This document shows positions 55,102-64,000 of a DNA stretch of 64,000 bases, piece after piece. Positions within the stretch are counted from its first letter, which is position 1; each line of letters opens with the position of its first letter. A program made the translations under genes and the position numbers. The stretch is from an uncultured Bacteroidota bacterium. Its GTDB lineage: Bacteria; Bacteroidota; Bacteroidia; JABEUT01. The stretch is taken from positions 12,707 through 76,706 of the forward strand of contig CAIUPO010000107.1 of the NCBI GenBank assembly GCA_903901055.1. The letters run 5' to 3'. Below the pieces are notes generated by a model. It did not search any database. It was not told the origin of the DNA and saw only the letters and a list, made by a program, of their open reading frames with translations.

Positions 55102-55139
55102 AACTAGTGGGACCGAATTAGGTCGGAAGCCCGACTGGC
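55102..55139. repeat. GC-rich palindromic element family, copy B
   Basis: AACTAGTGGGACCGAATTAGGTCGGAAGCCCGACTGG. Confidence 0.45.
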
Positions 55140-55231
55140 AATTATCTGAAAATATTTTCACACTACTCTTCCATATCAAGCTCTTGCGTATCAGTAAGAA
55201 ATAATTGTATATTTACTTTATCATAAGGAAC

Positions 55232-56992
55232 ATGAAAAAAATAATTCTCCTTATTTCATTATTCATTTTTAGTTTTTCACTTTGTGAGGGGCAGAGTTGG
55301 TTGTGGGAAAGGTCTACTCTGGGGATTGCCTGTAATGTTTCTGTAGCAAGCGATGATAATGGAAATTGCTTTCAGGCTGGTTTCATGATTAGAGATACAG
55401 TATCATTTGGAACGGATACATTGAGAGATAATTCGAATAACTACGATGCTTTCATCGTGAAATACTCACCGGCCGGAAATGTGATATGGGCGAAACAATC
55501 AGAACAAAAAGGCAATCGTATTTATTCTAATGGATATACCATAACTACCGACAAGGATGGTAATGCTTACTTAATGGCAAATTTAATGGATACACTTATT
55601 TTTGATTCAGATACCTTAAAAACACAGGGAAGCGGATTCCCAGATACATACCTTGTAAAATTTGATGCAAATGGAACTGAGAAATGGGCAAGGGAATCAT
55701 CAGTGCCTTCTCCCACTTCTTTTCCTGCTGGCAATTATTCCTCTACTGATGCAAACGGTAATACTTACATCACTGGCTTTTTTATGGACACTGTGAGTTT
55801 TGGCAACGATACTTTGAAGTGTTTAATAGATTCTGCCGGTGATACTTTTTTAACCAAGTATGATGTAAATGGAAATGAAAAGTGGGCTAGGCAATCTGCT
55901 GGGTTTAGCCCATATGGTTCTGAAGCGCGCTTTGTAGCGGCAAATAATAGCGGTAAAGTTTTTATTGCGGGCGTATTTTCGGATAGCGTAACATTCGGTA
56001 ATTATAAACTCACTACTGTAGATGCATATAATTATGATATGTTCGTAGTAAGTTATGATACCAACGGTAAGGTTTTGTGGGGCAGACAAGCGGTTATTCC
56101 TTCTTCGGCAAGTGGAGTATGGTGTTATGGAATAACTGTAGATAATGCAGGAAATGTTTATGTTAGTGGTTCATTTATAGATACTGTGGTTTTTGGTACT
56201 GACACACTTATCAATAATGCCTCCAATTATGCATGGTATGCTTTACCTTATATGGAGACTGAGTGTCCATTTATCGTAAAGTACAATGCTTTGGGTGAAG
56301 TGGTATGGACCTTTCAACCTAAAATCCTTGACCATAATCGATGGTTTTCCACTTCATTGTCTTCCGATTGTCATGGTAATATTTATTATATAGGTGATGG
56401 AGGATTGCCAGACAGTTTATGCAAAATAGCTTTTCAATCCGATATTTTATCTCTAATCGATACATCATATTTCGATGTTCCTCTTTATATGATTAAAATG
56501 GATACATCAGGGAACGTGAACTGCGCAACGATTATAAGATGTGGCGGAACTAGCTACAGCAATATGGTCTCGTCAGATACATCAGGCAATTATGTTTATT
56601 TAGGTGCAAATGGAGGGACAGTTCAAATTTTTGGCTCGGACACACTAAACCCATTCAAAAAAAACTCAATGGATGCTTCTTTTGTAGCGAGATGGAACGG
56701 GTGTGATAACCCACTTTACGTTAATAACATTATATTAGATGAAATCAAAATAATTGCCTTCCCCAACCCCTCCAACGGCACGTTCACACTCCAAACTTCC
56801 GGCGCACAAAATTTTTCATCCGCAACTATTGAAATTTATAATGTGCTTGGGGAGAGAGTTAAGAGCGAAGAACTAAGAGCTAAGAGTGAAGAAATAGATT
56901 TAACAGGCCAACCCAACGGAATTTATCTCTATAGGGTTTTAAACGAAGATGGTACTTTATTAGGTCAGGGGAAAATAGTTGTAGAAAAATAA
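55232..56992 (+). CDS. T9SS C-terminal-sorting-domain cargo protein with beta-propeller repeats, paralog 3
   Basis: MKKIILLISLFIFSFSLCEGQSWLWE signal. C-terminal FPNPSNGTFTLQTSG...IYLYRVLNEDGTLLGQGKIVVEK is a T9SS CTD. Confidence 0.7.
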   Translation: MKKIILLISLFIFSFSLCEGQSWLWERSTLGIACNVSVASDDNGNCFQAGFMIRDTVSFGTDTLRDNSNNYDAFIVKYSPAGNVIWAKQSEQKGNRIYSNGYTITTDKDGNAYLMANLMDTLIFDSDTLKTQGSGFPDTYLVKFDANGTEKWARESSVPSPTSFPAGNYSSTDANGNTYITGFFMDTVSFGNDTLKCLIDSAGDTFLTKYDVNGNEKWARQSAGFSPYGSEARFVAANNSGKVFIAGVFSDSVTFGNYKLTTVDAYNYDMFVVSYDTNGKVLWGRQAVIPSSASGVWCYGITVDNAGNVYVSGSFIDTVVFGTDTLINNASNYAWYALPYMETECPFIVKYNALGEVVWTFQPKILDHNRWFSTSLSSDCHGNIYYIGDGGLPDSLCKIAFQSDILSLIDTSYFDVPLYMIKMDTSGNVNCATIIRCGGTSYSNMVSSDTSGNYVYLGANGGTVQIFGSDTLNPFKKNSMDASFVARWNGCDNPLYVNNIILDEIKIIAFPNPSNGTFTLQTSGAQNFSSATIEIYNVLGERVKSEELRAKSEEIDLTGQPNGIYLYRVLNEDGTLLGQGKIVVEK

Positions 56993-57014
56993 GACTTCAC
57001 CCTACCCTCTCCTG

Positions 57015-57093
57015 CGAGGAGAGGGAAAGTTCAGTAATAGGAAAAAGATACGCTCTCCCCTCTTGGGGAGGGGACGGAGAGAGGTAAGTTATA
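57015..57093. terminator. two adjacent GC-rich hairpins after T9SS paralog 3
   Basis: CCCTCTCCtgcgAGGAGAGGG and CTCTCCCCTCttggGGAGGGGAcgGAGAGAG. Confidence 0.4.
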
Positions 57094-57142
57094 AGATGCA
57101 TTTTGTTTAAAATATTTTTTTTCTGTATCTTTTAGCTACCTA

Positions 57143-58924
57143 TTGCATTATAACTTTGTGCTAATGTTATCTTCCACAATTATGCTCAAACGATTTTTGT
57201 TTTTTTGTTTTATACTATTAAGCCTCTCTTCCTTCTCCCAGCCTGTTATAGAGTATTGGGACAGTGCTGCCGGAATCAAAAAAAGCGAGATGAATTTTCG
57301 CGATGGTATGCAACATGGTTCGTTCAAACTATGGTATAAAAACGGACAACTCGACCAATGGGGGTTTTTCCATAAAGGAGATAAAGACAGCATCTGGAAA
57401 AACTATTACGAAAACGGAACTCTGCGCTCTATAAGGCATTATCACAGGGGAAGGGCTAACGGTACATTTGTATTTTTCTTTTCGAATGGAGATACTGATA
57501 TGGTGAACTCCTTTTCTGAAAATTTACGGGATGGCACATGGAAATCATGGGATACGAATGGGGCATTAACAAGTGTTACGCACTATATAAAAGATAAAAA
57601 AGAAGGTACATGGACCTATTATTATCTGAATGGGAAAATGAAAAACCAGGGGACCTTTGTAAAGAATAAAAAGGAAGGACATTTCACATCTTGGTATGAT
57701 AATGGAAACAAAGAAAGCGAAGGAGATTTTCAGAATGACAAAGAAACCGGTGAATGGCAGGAGTGGTATGAGAATGGCAAACCAAAAGATATTGTGAACC
57801 ATGCCGACAGCCTTATCTATATGAAGGAGTACTATGATGTAAAAGGCAAAAAAATTGTTTCGAATGGAAACGGCACTATTACGTTGTATTATCCCGGAGG
57901 AGTTACGCAGGCGACAGGCAAATATGTGAATGGGCTAAAGGAAGGTGTATGGAAATATTATTATTCCGATGGGGGCGAAGACAATGAAGCAACATATTCA
58001 GGAGGCAGGCAGAATGGCCCTTATACTTCATGGTTCAGGGGAAGTGCATTGAAAACAAAGGGAAGTTTTACCAATGGGGAAAAGGAAGGCCACTGGAACT
58101 GGTATTATGAAACAGGCAAAATAAAAATAAGCGGTGATTTACATAATAAAAAAAGAAACGGATTTTGGATATATTTCGAAACCACCGGCGACACCACTGA
58201 AAAAGGTTTTTTTAAAGACAATGAACGCGACAGTGTTTGGACATTTTACTACGACAGCAGCAGTGTAAAACTTAAAGAATGCCGCTATAAAAATGATATG
58301 CGCAATGGACTTTGCACTATTTGGTATAAAAATGGACAGATGAACGAACAAGGAAATTATCTGGATGATAAGGAAGAAGGCCTTTGGAAATCGTGGTACA
58401 GTAATGGGCAGGAAGAAGATGAAGGTTCTTACAAAGCGGCAAGCATGGAAGGCAATTGGCAGGGTTGGTATGAAAACGGAAAATTGAAATATGAAGGCAC
58501 ACGCACCAATAATTTAAAAGAGGGCCACTGGAAATATTATTACGAAAAAGGTGCTTTGCAGCGGGAAGGCAACTTCCATAAGGATTTACAAGACGGGCAT
58601 TGGGTGTTTTTGCAACCTACAGGCATAAAAATTCAGGAAGGCGATTATAAAGATGACAAACTGAGCGGACACTGGAAATTTTATTACGAAACAGGCGTAC
58701 TTATGCAGGAACAGACTATTAATGATGGGCTTCCTGCAGGCAAATGCACATCCTATTTCCCCGATGGAAAAGTTTCCAATACATCAGATTATTCCCTTGT
58801 GAAAGAAAAGAAAGGAACCCTACGCAGTGTTCCTGTGGGCGAATGGTTGTTCTATGATAAAAATGGAAACGTACAACGGAAAGTTAAGTACGTGAACGGT
58901 GTTCCGATTACGGAGCACAGATAA
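57143..58924 (+). CDS. MORN-repeat-variant (YwqK-like) repeat protein, secreted
   Basis: More than 15 tandem copies of G.W..(W/Y)YENGK.K.EG.(Y/F) (MORN_2 type). The likely signal-peptide start is near 57182. Confidence 0.65.
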   Translation: MHYNFVLMLSSTIMLKRFLFFCFILLSLSSFSQPVIEYWDSAAGIKKSEMNFRDGMQHGSFKLWYKNGQLDQWGFFHKGDKDSIWKNYYENGTLRSIRHYHRGRANGTFVFFFSNGDTDMVNSFSENLRDGTWKSWDTNGALTSVTHYIKDKKEGTWTYYYLNGKMKNQGTFVKNKKEGHFTSWYDNGNKESEGDFQNDKETGEWQEWYENGKPKDIVNHADSLIYMKEYYDVKGKKIVSNGNGTITLYYPGGVTQATGKYVNGLKEGVWKYYYSDGGEDNEATYSGGRQNGPYTSWFRGSALKTKGSFTNGEKEGHWNWYYETGKIKISGDLHNKKRNGFWIYFETTGDTTEKGFFKDNERDSVWTFYYDSSSVKLKECRYKNDMRNGLCTIWYKNGQMNEQGNYLDDKEEGLWKSWYSNGQEEDEGSYKAASMEGNWQGWYENGKLKYEGTRTNNLKEGHWKYYYEKGALQREGNFHKDLQDGHWVFLQPTGIKIQEGDYKDDKLSGHWKFYYETGVLMQEQTINDGLPAGKCTSYFPDGKVSNTSDYSLVKEKKGTLRSVPVGEWLFYDKNGNVQRKVKYVNGVPITEHR

Positions 58925-58927
58925 TTT

Positions 58928-60064
58928 CTACTGGTTAGTATGCTTAGCAGCTTCCTGCAAGGTGGTTCTTTTTCCTTTGTAGTAAGGAACAATAAATCCG
59001 CCTGTTAAACCCTTAGCCCTTAAAGCATCCATGCGGGTTTTAGCTGAACTTAAATTGGGGTAATTGCCAATCATTACTCTCGTAGCATTTCCAGCGGCTT
59101 CCAAAATAGGTTCCTCGGTAATGCCATAAGGTTTTAATACTTCGCTTGCTTTTGATTTATCACCAACTGCAGCAATTTGAATGTGGTAAACCAGGTCTCC
59201 GGTTGATTGGGTAGTGGATGGTGCAGGAGTAGCTACCGGGGCAGGTGCTGTTTTTGCCGGTGGAGTTGCTACAACAGCAGGCGCGGTAGTTTGAGGTGTG
59301 GAAGTTGTTGCTACAGGAGCCGGGGCCATTTTTGGTTCTTCTTTCACAACCGGTTGTTGCTGAACCACTGCAGGAGCAGCTTCAGCCTTTTTAGGGGCTG
59401 GAGCTACACTTGCTGTTGTAGTTGTAGAAGTTGTTTTTACTGATGATGTTTTAACAGGAGGAGCGGGAGTGTAAGACTCATCTGAACCTCCGCCCGGATA
59501 TTCACCCATGATTATATAATACAAATCTTCCAGGGTGTTTTTTGGTCCGCTATCGCCGGATGATTGGCTTGTCTGGGTTGGTTTGTAGGTGCCCTGAGCA
59601 GTTACTTTACCTGAGAATTTAATACTAAATGAGGATGACTCAATTGTGTAAGGATGGTTACTGTAGGTAAATGATCCTGTAATGGTCTGGCTTTCGGCAG
59701 TAGCTTTTGTAGGCCTTAGTGAATAGGAAACAACTATTTCCCTGTCTTCGCTCATGTTAGCCCAGGTGAAGGTAGCTTTGCCGTCTTTACTGCTGAATGA
59801 AGCACCGCTTGTTTTCATAGAAGAAGCCATTAAATCGCTTGAAAAGGTTTCCTCAACTTTGCCGGGGCCTTTAAATGCGTCTTTATTTATGGTTATGGTT
59901 ACAACCACAAATTCATTTCCATCCGAAGCAGTCTGCACTGCAGAAACACTTCGTGTGGCACTTGTGTTGGATTTTGCTTTTTTAGCTTGTGCATAGGCCG
60001 AAGTGAATACACTGCAAAAAAGCAAACCCAATGCAATTGGAAGGAGTGTAATTTTCTTTTTCAT
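58928..60064 (-). CDS. secreted protein with Pro/Ala/Thr-rich linker and C-terminal SPOR (peptidoglycan-binding) domain
   Basis: Signal peptide, PAPVATP/TAPA low-complexity linker, and C-terminal YHIQIAAVGDKSKASEVLKP...RVMIGNYPNLSSAKTRMDALRAKGL matching the SPOR fold pattern. Confidence 0.6.
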   Translation of the reverse strand: MKKKITLLPIALGLLFCSVFTSAYAQAKKAKSNTSATRSVSAVQTASDGNEFVVVTITINKDAFKGPGKVEETFSSDLMASSMKTSGASFSSKDGKATFTWANMSEDREIVVSYSLRPTKATAESQTITGSFTYSNHPYTIESSSFSIKFSGKVTAQGTYKPTQTSQSSGDSGPKNTLEDLYYIIMGEYPGGGSDESYTPAPPVKTSSVKTTSTTTTASVAPAPKKAEAAPAVVQQQPVVKEEPKMAPAPVATTSTPQTTAPAVVATPPAKTAPAPVATPAPSTTQSTGDLVYHIQIAAVGDKSKASEVLKPYGITEEPILEAAGNATRVMIGNYPNLSSAKTRMDALRAKGLTGGFIVPYYKGKRTTLQEAAKHTNQ

Positions 60065-60458
60065 TGGTTTTATGTTATTTGGAGGGCAAAAATAGGATTT
60101 TTTTCGAAAAAATGATAAATTCTTTTTGGGAGCGTAGGGGCTGATGTAATAGCTTTTGGTAAGCGATGATATGAGTTAAATCATGCTCAAACCTAACAGT
60201 TCTCACAAAATTACCCTTGCTTCGACCCTAGTTTTGTATTGTATAAAACCTACATTTTATGAAAGAAAACATGGGATTAGCAGACAAAATTATCAGGATA
60301 CTGGTTGCAGTTATTATTGCAACACTTTATTCAATGCACTTATCCCTACCTCAAACAGGTCAAATTTCTCCGCAGGAAAAAGGTATGGAATAACGGTTAC
60401 ATCAGGCACTAAAGGGCATTATATGAGCATAAATTTTGGAGTTATGCCCATATAGTTT

Positions 60459-61196
60459 TCATGCTGCGTTTGCCAAAGTTTTTTTTCTCATTGATTCCCC
60501 TTTAAGCTCCATTCGGTGCGACTGATGGATTAACCTATCCATTATGGCATCCGCCACTGTTTGCTCCCCGATAATATCATACCACTTACTCACAGGAACC
60601 TGAGATGTTATAAGGGTCGAGCCTTTCCCATGCCTGTCCTCAATTATTTCCATTAATATGGAACGGCTTTGCGCATCAAATGGTTGCAATCCGAAATCAT
60701 CAAGTATCAAAAGGTTCTGTCTCTCTATTTTAGCTATCTCCCTCGCATAAGAACTCTCACCCTTAATCATTTTAAGCTTCCCCATAAGTTTGGCTGTATT
60801 ATGGTAGATAACTTTATGTCCGAGGCTGCAAGCTTGATGACCGATAGCCGAAGCAACATAACTTTTACCTATGCCAGTGCTACCTGTAATGAGGATATTT
60901 TCATGTTTATCAATGAAATTGCAATCACCAAAACGCATGAGTTGGTTCTTATCAAGATTCCGGTCATTGCTGTAATTAAGTTCTTCCAATGAAGCCTTGT
61001 AGCGAAACTTGGCGTTTTTAATTAGCCTATCTATGCTGCGATTGTGCCTGTCGTCCCACTCTGATTCGATAAGGGTGGACACCATTTCATCAGTGGTGTA
61101 ATCTTCCATTTTACCGGATTCTATGCTCGTTTTAAAAGCTCTGTGCATACCGATGAGCTTCATTTTTTTCATTTTTTCTAACGTTTTTTCATTCAT
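60459..61196 (-). CDS. istB: IS21-family transposition helper ATPase IstB
   Basis: Walker A GSTGIGKS, LILDDFGL, and IstB-type C-terminus. Confidence 0.8.
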   Translation of the reverse strand: MNEKTLEKMKKMKLIGMHRAFKTSIESGKMEDYTTDEMVSTLIESEWDDRHNRSIDRLIKNAKFRYKASLEELNYSNDRNLDKNQLMRFGDCNFIDKHENILITGSTGIGKSYVASAIGHQACSLGHKVIYHNTAKLMGKLKMIKGESSYAREIAKIERQNLLILDDFGLQPFDAQSRSILMEIIEDRHGKGSTLITSQVPVSKWYDIIGEQTVADAIMDRLIHQSHRMELKGESMRKKTLANAA

Positions 61197-61227
61197 GATT
61201 TATTGATTTTTAAGAACATTGATACTT

Positions 61228-61650
61228 TCATTTATAATAGTCTTTGCCACGTATATTGGGATGTTCAGGCATCTTGGGATGCTCGCTTTCATCGTCAAGC
61301 ATATCTAATCCTTGCTCCAATATCTTTTTTATAATTCTATAACTATGGATGCTGCAACTTGCAGCAAGCTGACACGCTTTGGTGAGGCGTTCATTACCTA
61401 CCTTTTTAGCGAACCCAAGAACCCCTGCACATATTCTGTACGCTTGGTCAGGGTGGCGTTGGCTCTTAAGTATTTCACCGATGTACGCATTTACATCCGG
61501 GTGAATCTCTTCAGCGAGCGACAAAAAGCGGTCTGAAGCCAACTCAATAGTATAGCGATGGGCGGGAAATAAATGCTCAGTAACTGTTGTATATGTAAAT
61601 TGAACTCTGTCTCGCTTATGAAAAGCAATGCATTCGTAATGATAAAACAT
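61228..61650 (-). pseudogene. istA: C-terminal fragment (about 140 aa) of IS21-family transposase IstA; N-terminal HTH/DDE portion missing
   Basis: Matches the region of IstA just upstream of istB (typical 30-nt spacing to istB) but lacks the catalytic N-terminal two-thirds. Confidence 0.6.
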
Positions 61651-62394
61651 TTCAATTCACTTTGCTTAGGTGCTTTTTTTGGGGTGCTTCGTAGTAAAAT
61701 ATTTGCTACAAGAACTAAAACAGGTCTTCATTATTTCTTTTATGGATTTTCAATAATAGTTTTTCTTGCATCAATAACCTCTGGCTTTATCTATTGGAGC
61801 GATTTCAGCTTATTTGGCATTATTGGCTCAGTACTTGCCATTTTTTCAAGCATTGCGTTGTTCATCTTTACAAAGAGATATTTGCTTGTAAAAGATGTTT
61901 ATCATACTTCAGAGTTAGACCACATCGTAAATAGTTTTACTGCCAATGGTGATAAAAACGAAATAAAAATGTTTGGCGGGGATTTGAATTTTTTTGGGAA
62001 TACTCCTTCAGATATGGATAATAATGCTCAGTATCATTATTTACGTTCCCTTGAATTCAATAAGATTTCGATATTATGCGAAGAACCCAATGATAATACC
62101 AAGAAAATTAGATATGGGAAAATCTTACATGATATGCCTGAAACTGAGTTGCGGTTTTACAATCCGAAAGAAGCCGATTTGAAGGTAAGGGGAAGAATGA
62201 TAAAAGTTCAAGGTTCGGATAAATTATTAATGTATACAAGAGTAAAATCAAAACATTATCAGGCATTAGAAACTGATACAGGGAATTCAGGCGGTGCATT
62301 ATATAATAATATCTGGAATTTAGTATGGTCGTTGGCAGTTAAGCCAACTCCTCCACAACTTCAAGATTATAAAAACCTATTCTCAAATAGATAA
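61573..62394 (+). CDS. hypothetical membrane-anchored protein with HtrA-like GNSGGAL serine-protease-type motif near C-terminus
   Basis: The true start is probably downstream of 61650 (GTG near 61684), since the first ~26 codons overlap the IS remnant. Two TM helices, then a soluble domain containing TDTGNSGGALYNN. Confidence 0.35.
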   Translation: MLSNCCICKLNSVSLMKSNAFVMIKHFNSLCLGAFFGVLRSKIFATRTKTGLHYFFYGFSIIVFLASITSGFIYWSDFSLFGIIGSVLAIFSSIALFIFTKRYLLVKDVYHTSELDHIVNSFTANGDKNEIKMFGGDLNFFGNTPSDMDNNAQYHYLRSLEFNKISILCEEPNDNTKKIRYGKILHDMPETELRFYNPKEADLKVRGRMIKVQGSDKLLMYTRVKSKHYQALETDTGNSGGALYNNIWNLVWSLAVKPTPPQLQDYKNLFSNR

Positions 62395-62399
62395 TACGT

Positions 62400-62759
62400 A
62401 TGAAAACATTGGTCATAAATTCACCGCTCTTCCGGTATAAGAATCCTCTCTACGATGAAGATTCACTCACTCCCATTGGTTTGGGGCTGATTGCCACAGC
62501 TTTAAAGGCTAATAATATTAACGTTTCACTTTTAGATGCAGTTGCTTGTAATACTCCGTTACAGGAGCTCATCTCTATGGTCTGTGCAGAAATGCCTGAC
62601 TTTATCTGCATAAATGTTTTTACTACAAACCTTGAATTGGTAAAAGAATTTGTTGAGTCTATAAATTATAGTACTCATTTTATAGTTATTACAAGCCATA
62701 TAACAACTTGGGCTCATTTGCACCCAAATCCCAGTAATACTATCGTTTGCATATCCTAA
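62400..62759 (+). pseudogene. N-terminal fragment of a B12-binding-domain (class B) radical-SAM-type enzyme, truncated after about 110 codons
   Basis: MKTLVINSPLF...DSLTPIGLGLIATALKANNINVSLLDA resembles the MK.LLINPP...PPLGLAYLAA.L...G.EV..D start of B12-binding radical SAM proteins. The frame ends where the convergent gene 62740.. begins. Confidence 0.35.
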
Positions 62760-64000
62760 AGATGTGCTGTGGCTCGTCATGATAACAGTATTTTTCACAC
62801 AAATCTGTTGCTTTTCTTCTATCTTTCTTGATACTATTAATTGCAAAGTCAATCCAATTGTTAAGTCGAACAATTAGTCCATTGATGTTTTCTAGAAGTA
62901 GAAACGGATTCTTTGCAACTTTTTTTTCCTCAATGAATTTTTGCTTATTAATTTCCGATTCAATTAATACTTTTAATTTGCGTGAATAGGAATCAAGAAA
63001 ATAGCCTATATCCTTCAATTCATGGGTAAATGTTGAAATAGTCATCCCTAAACTTGCCAAAACCCTTAACATTCTTATTTCATCTTCCTTTTGCTCTATT
63101 TCATCGATAAATCCTTTAGTTGCTTTGGCATAAGTAGTTTTCCTTTTGCTGGCTTTTGATTTTGATTTCTTTTTAGATTGCTTTTTTAGGTCTTCCTCCG
63201 CTTGCTTCTCTGCTTCCTCTTTTGCTAAAGCAATGTCATATTCCCTATCATACACTACTTTCATAGGGCTTGATATATAGTGCCTATCTTTTTCAATTAA
63301 ATTAATCAGAAGCAGGAGTAATTCCTTAAATGCACGAAATGTTCTATTATCTACAAGGCCTTCACGGTTGGTCGTGTCTTTTAATTCGGGATTATCAAGC
63401 CTTGAAATCGTTACATATCCATATATCTGATTCGGGCCAACTCTCCAACCTAAACCCTCAGGTTGTCCAGAACCAAAAGTACTTGCCGACGCTCTTGAAC
63501 CTAAATCTAACCAATCCCATGTTGTGCTATTAAATTCTCCATAAGGTCTAACCCTAAAATCGTCCCTAAAGATTTTGACGCCTCCAAAGCGATCAAGCCA
63601 TTCCCTTCTTTTACTTGAATCGAACGCCCTGTAAGAGTAAGTTTTTGAATCGGTTTCTTTTACACTTCGTTTTAAGAAATAAAAATTAAAACTAAAAGCT
63701 CCAATACTATCAATCACTTCTTTTGTTAATTGATCTTTAATTCCTGGCCATATTTCTTCAATGGAAGTTCTTAAAATAAAATCTCCCTTTTTTAATGTTG
63801 CCAAATCATACGGTGCTTTAGACATATCTTTAGGCTTTCGCTCCTTAAAAACGTCCGGATTAATGGATTTCCAGTTAAACTCCCTACGGTCAATTTTTAT
63901 TTCTACAGCACCATTATGTTCAATATTTGCTTGTAGTTTATAATCATAATCATCCCAGAATAAAGACTGTATTTTACCAAATCGTTGTTCGTATGAAGTA
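62740..64000 (-). CDS. hypothetical protein, C-terminal part (ORF continues past the window end)
   Basis: The frame upstream of the listed ATG (63825) stays open to position 64000 (...QRFGKIQSLFWDDYDYKLQANIEHNGAVEIKIDRREFNWK...). It contains GGVKIFRDDFRVRPYGE and an H-box-like ISTFTHELKD. Confidence 0.4.
   Translation of the reverse strand, partial: TSYEQRFGKIQSLFWDDYDYKLQANIEHNGAVEIKIDRREFNWKSINPDVFKERKPKDMSKAPYDLATLKKGDFILRTSIEEIWPGIKDQLTKEVIDSIGAFSFNFYFLKRSVKETDSKTYSYRAFDSSKRREWLDRFGGVKIFRDDFRVRPYGEFNSTTWDWLDLGSRASASTFGSGQPEGLGWRVGPNQIYGYVTISRLDNPELKDTTNREGLVDNRTFRAFKELLLLLINLIEKDRHYISSPMKVVYDREYDIALAKEEAEKQAEEDLKKQSKKKSKSKASKRKTTYAKATKGFIDEIEQKEDEIRMLRVLASLGMTISTFTHELKDIGYFLDSYSRKLKVLIESEINKQKFIEEKKVAKNPFLLLENINGLIVRLNNWIDFAINSIKKDRRKATDLCEKYCYHDEPQHIFRICKR

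Larger units (their letters stand above)
60459..61650 (-). mobile_element. truncated IS21-family insertion sequence (istA remnant plus istB)
   Basis: Gene pair istA'-istB. The right end is probably within 60200..60458; the left end is deleted. Confidence 0.6.

Noticed and set aside
60183-60455. 90-aa ORF downstream of istB
   Set aside because: It sits in the presumed IS21 terminal region. It is AT-rich, has no motif, and is likely non-coding.
61573-61650. First ~26 codons of the 273-aa ORF
   Set aside because: They overlap the istA remnant on the opposite strand. The true start is probably an alternative (GTG) codon just beyond the IS break, or the gene is 5'-truncated.
1-64000. CRISPR arrays, rRNA or tRNA genes
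   Set aside because: No regularly spaced 25-40-bp direct repeats with unique spacers and no tRNA-like cloverleaf candidates were seen in any intergenic region. All repeats found are palindromic or heptamer-type regulatory or REP-like elements.

Overview
This 64-kb window looks like chromosomal DNA from a Bacteroidota organism (Chitinophagia/Sphingobacteriia-like; AT-rich; three T9SS C-terminal-sorting-domain cargo paralogs; three ECF sigma modules). I found no rRNA, tRNA or CRISPR arrays.

Housekeeping genes include ftsH (partial, runs off the left edge), rsfS, birA, purA, kdsA, rnpA, hpf, a XerC/D-type recombinase, a Ctp-type S41 peptidase, an M28-PDZ peptidase, a NUDIX hydrolase and a 2090-aa alpha-2-macroglobulin-like protein. 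Mixed in are accessory-looking blocks: DUF1573 paralogs next to a two-component system, an LRR/membrane/transglutaminase-like operon, tandem secreted paralogs, and a scarred IS21 remnant at the right edge.

The observations I rate highest are:
- A KdsD-like gene whose SIS isomerase domains are replaced by an FSA/transaldolase-type aldolase domain, sitting next to a KdsC-like phosphatase. This may be an alternative route to arabinose-5-phosphate for Kdo synthesis.
- A tandemly duplicated module of an intrinsically disordered protein gene, a terminator hairpin and a 51-aa lmo0937-like membrane protein gene.
- A shared set of upstream motifs at two of the three T9SS-cargo paralogs: helically phased arrays of A/TAACAGG repeats, CACTAAG/CTTAGTG palindrome blocks, a 20-nt shared core and a conserved TTTTGAAAAAGTCATTGAC box.
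- Several families of GC-rich palindromic repeat elements. One of them is fused to gene ends so that it supplies the TAG stop codon.
- An uroporphyrinogen-III-synthase-like protein with a histone-H1-like Lys/Pro/Ala-rich tail, next to a DUF4271 membrane protein.
- An IS21 remnant next to a truncated B12-binding radical-SAM gene fragment and a membrane protein carrying an HtrA-like GNSGGAL motif.

Every call rests on reading the ORF translations and the nucleotide sequence by eye. No database search was run.
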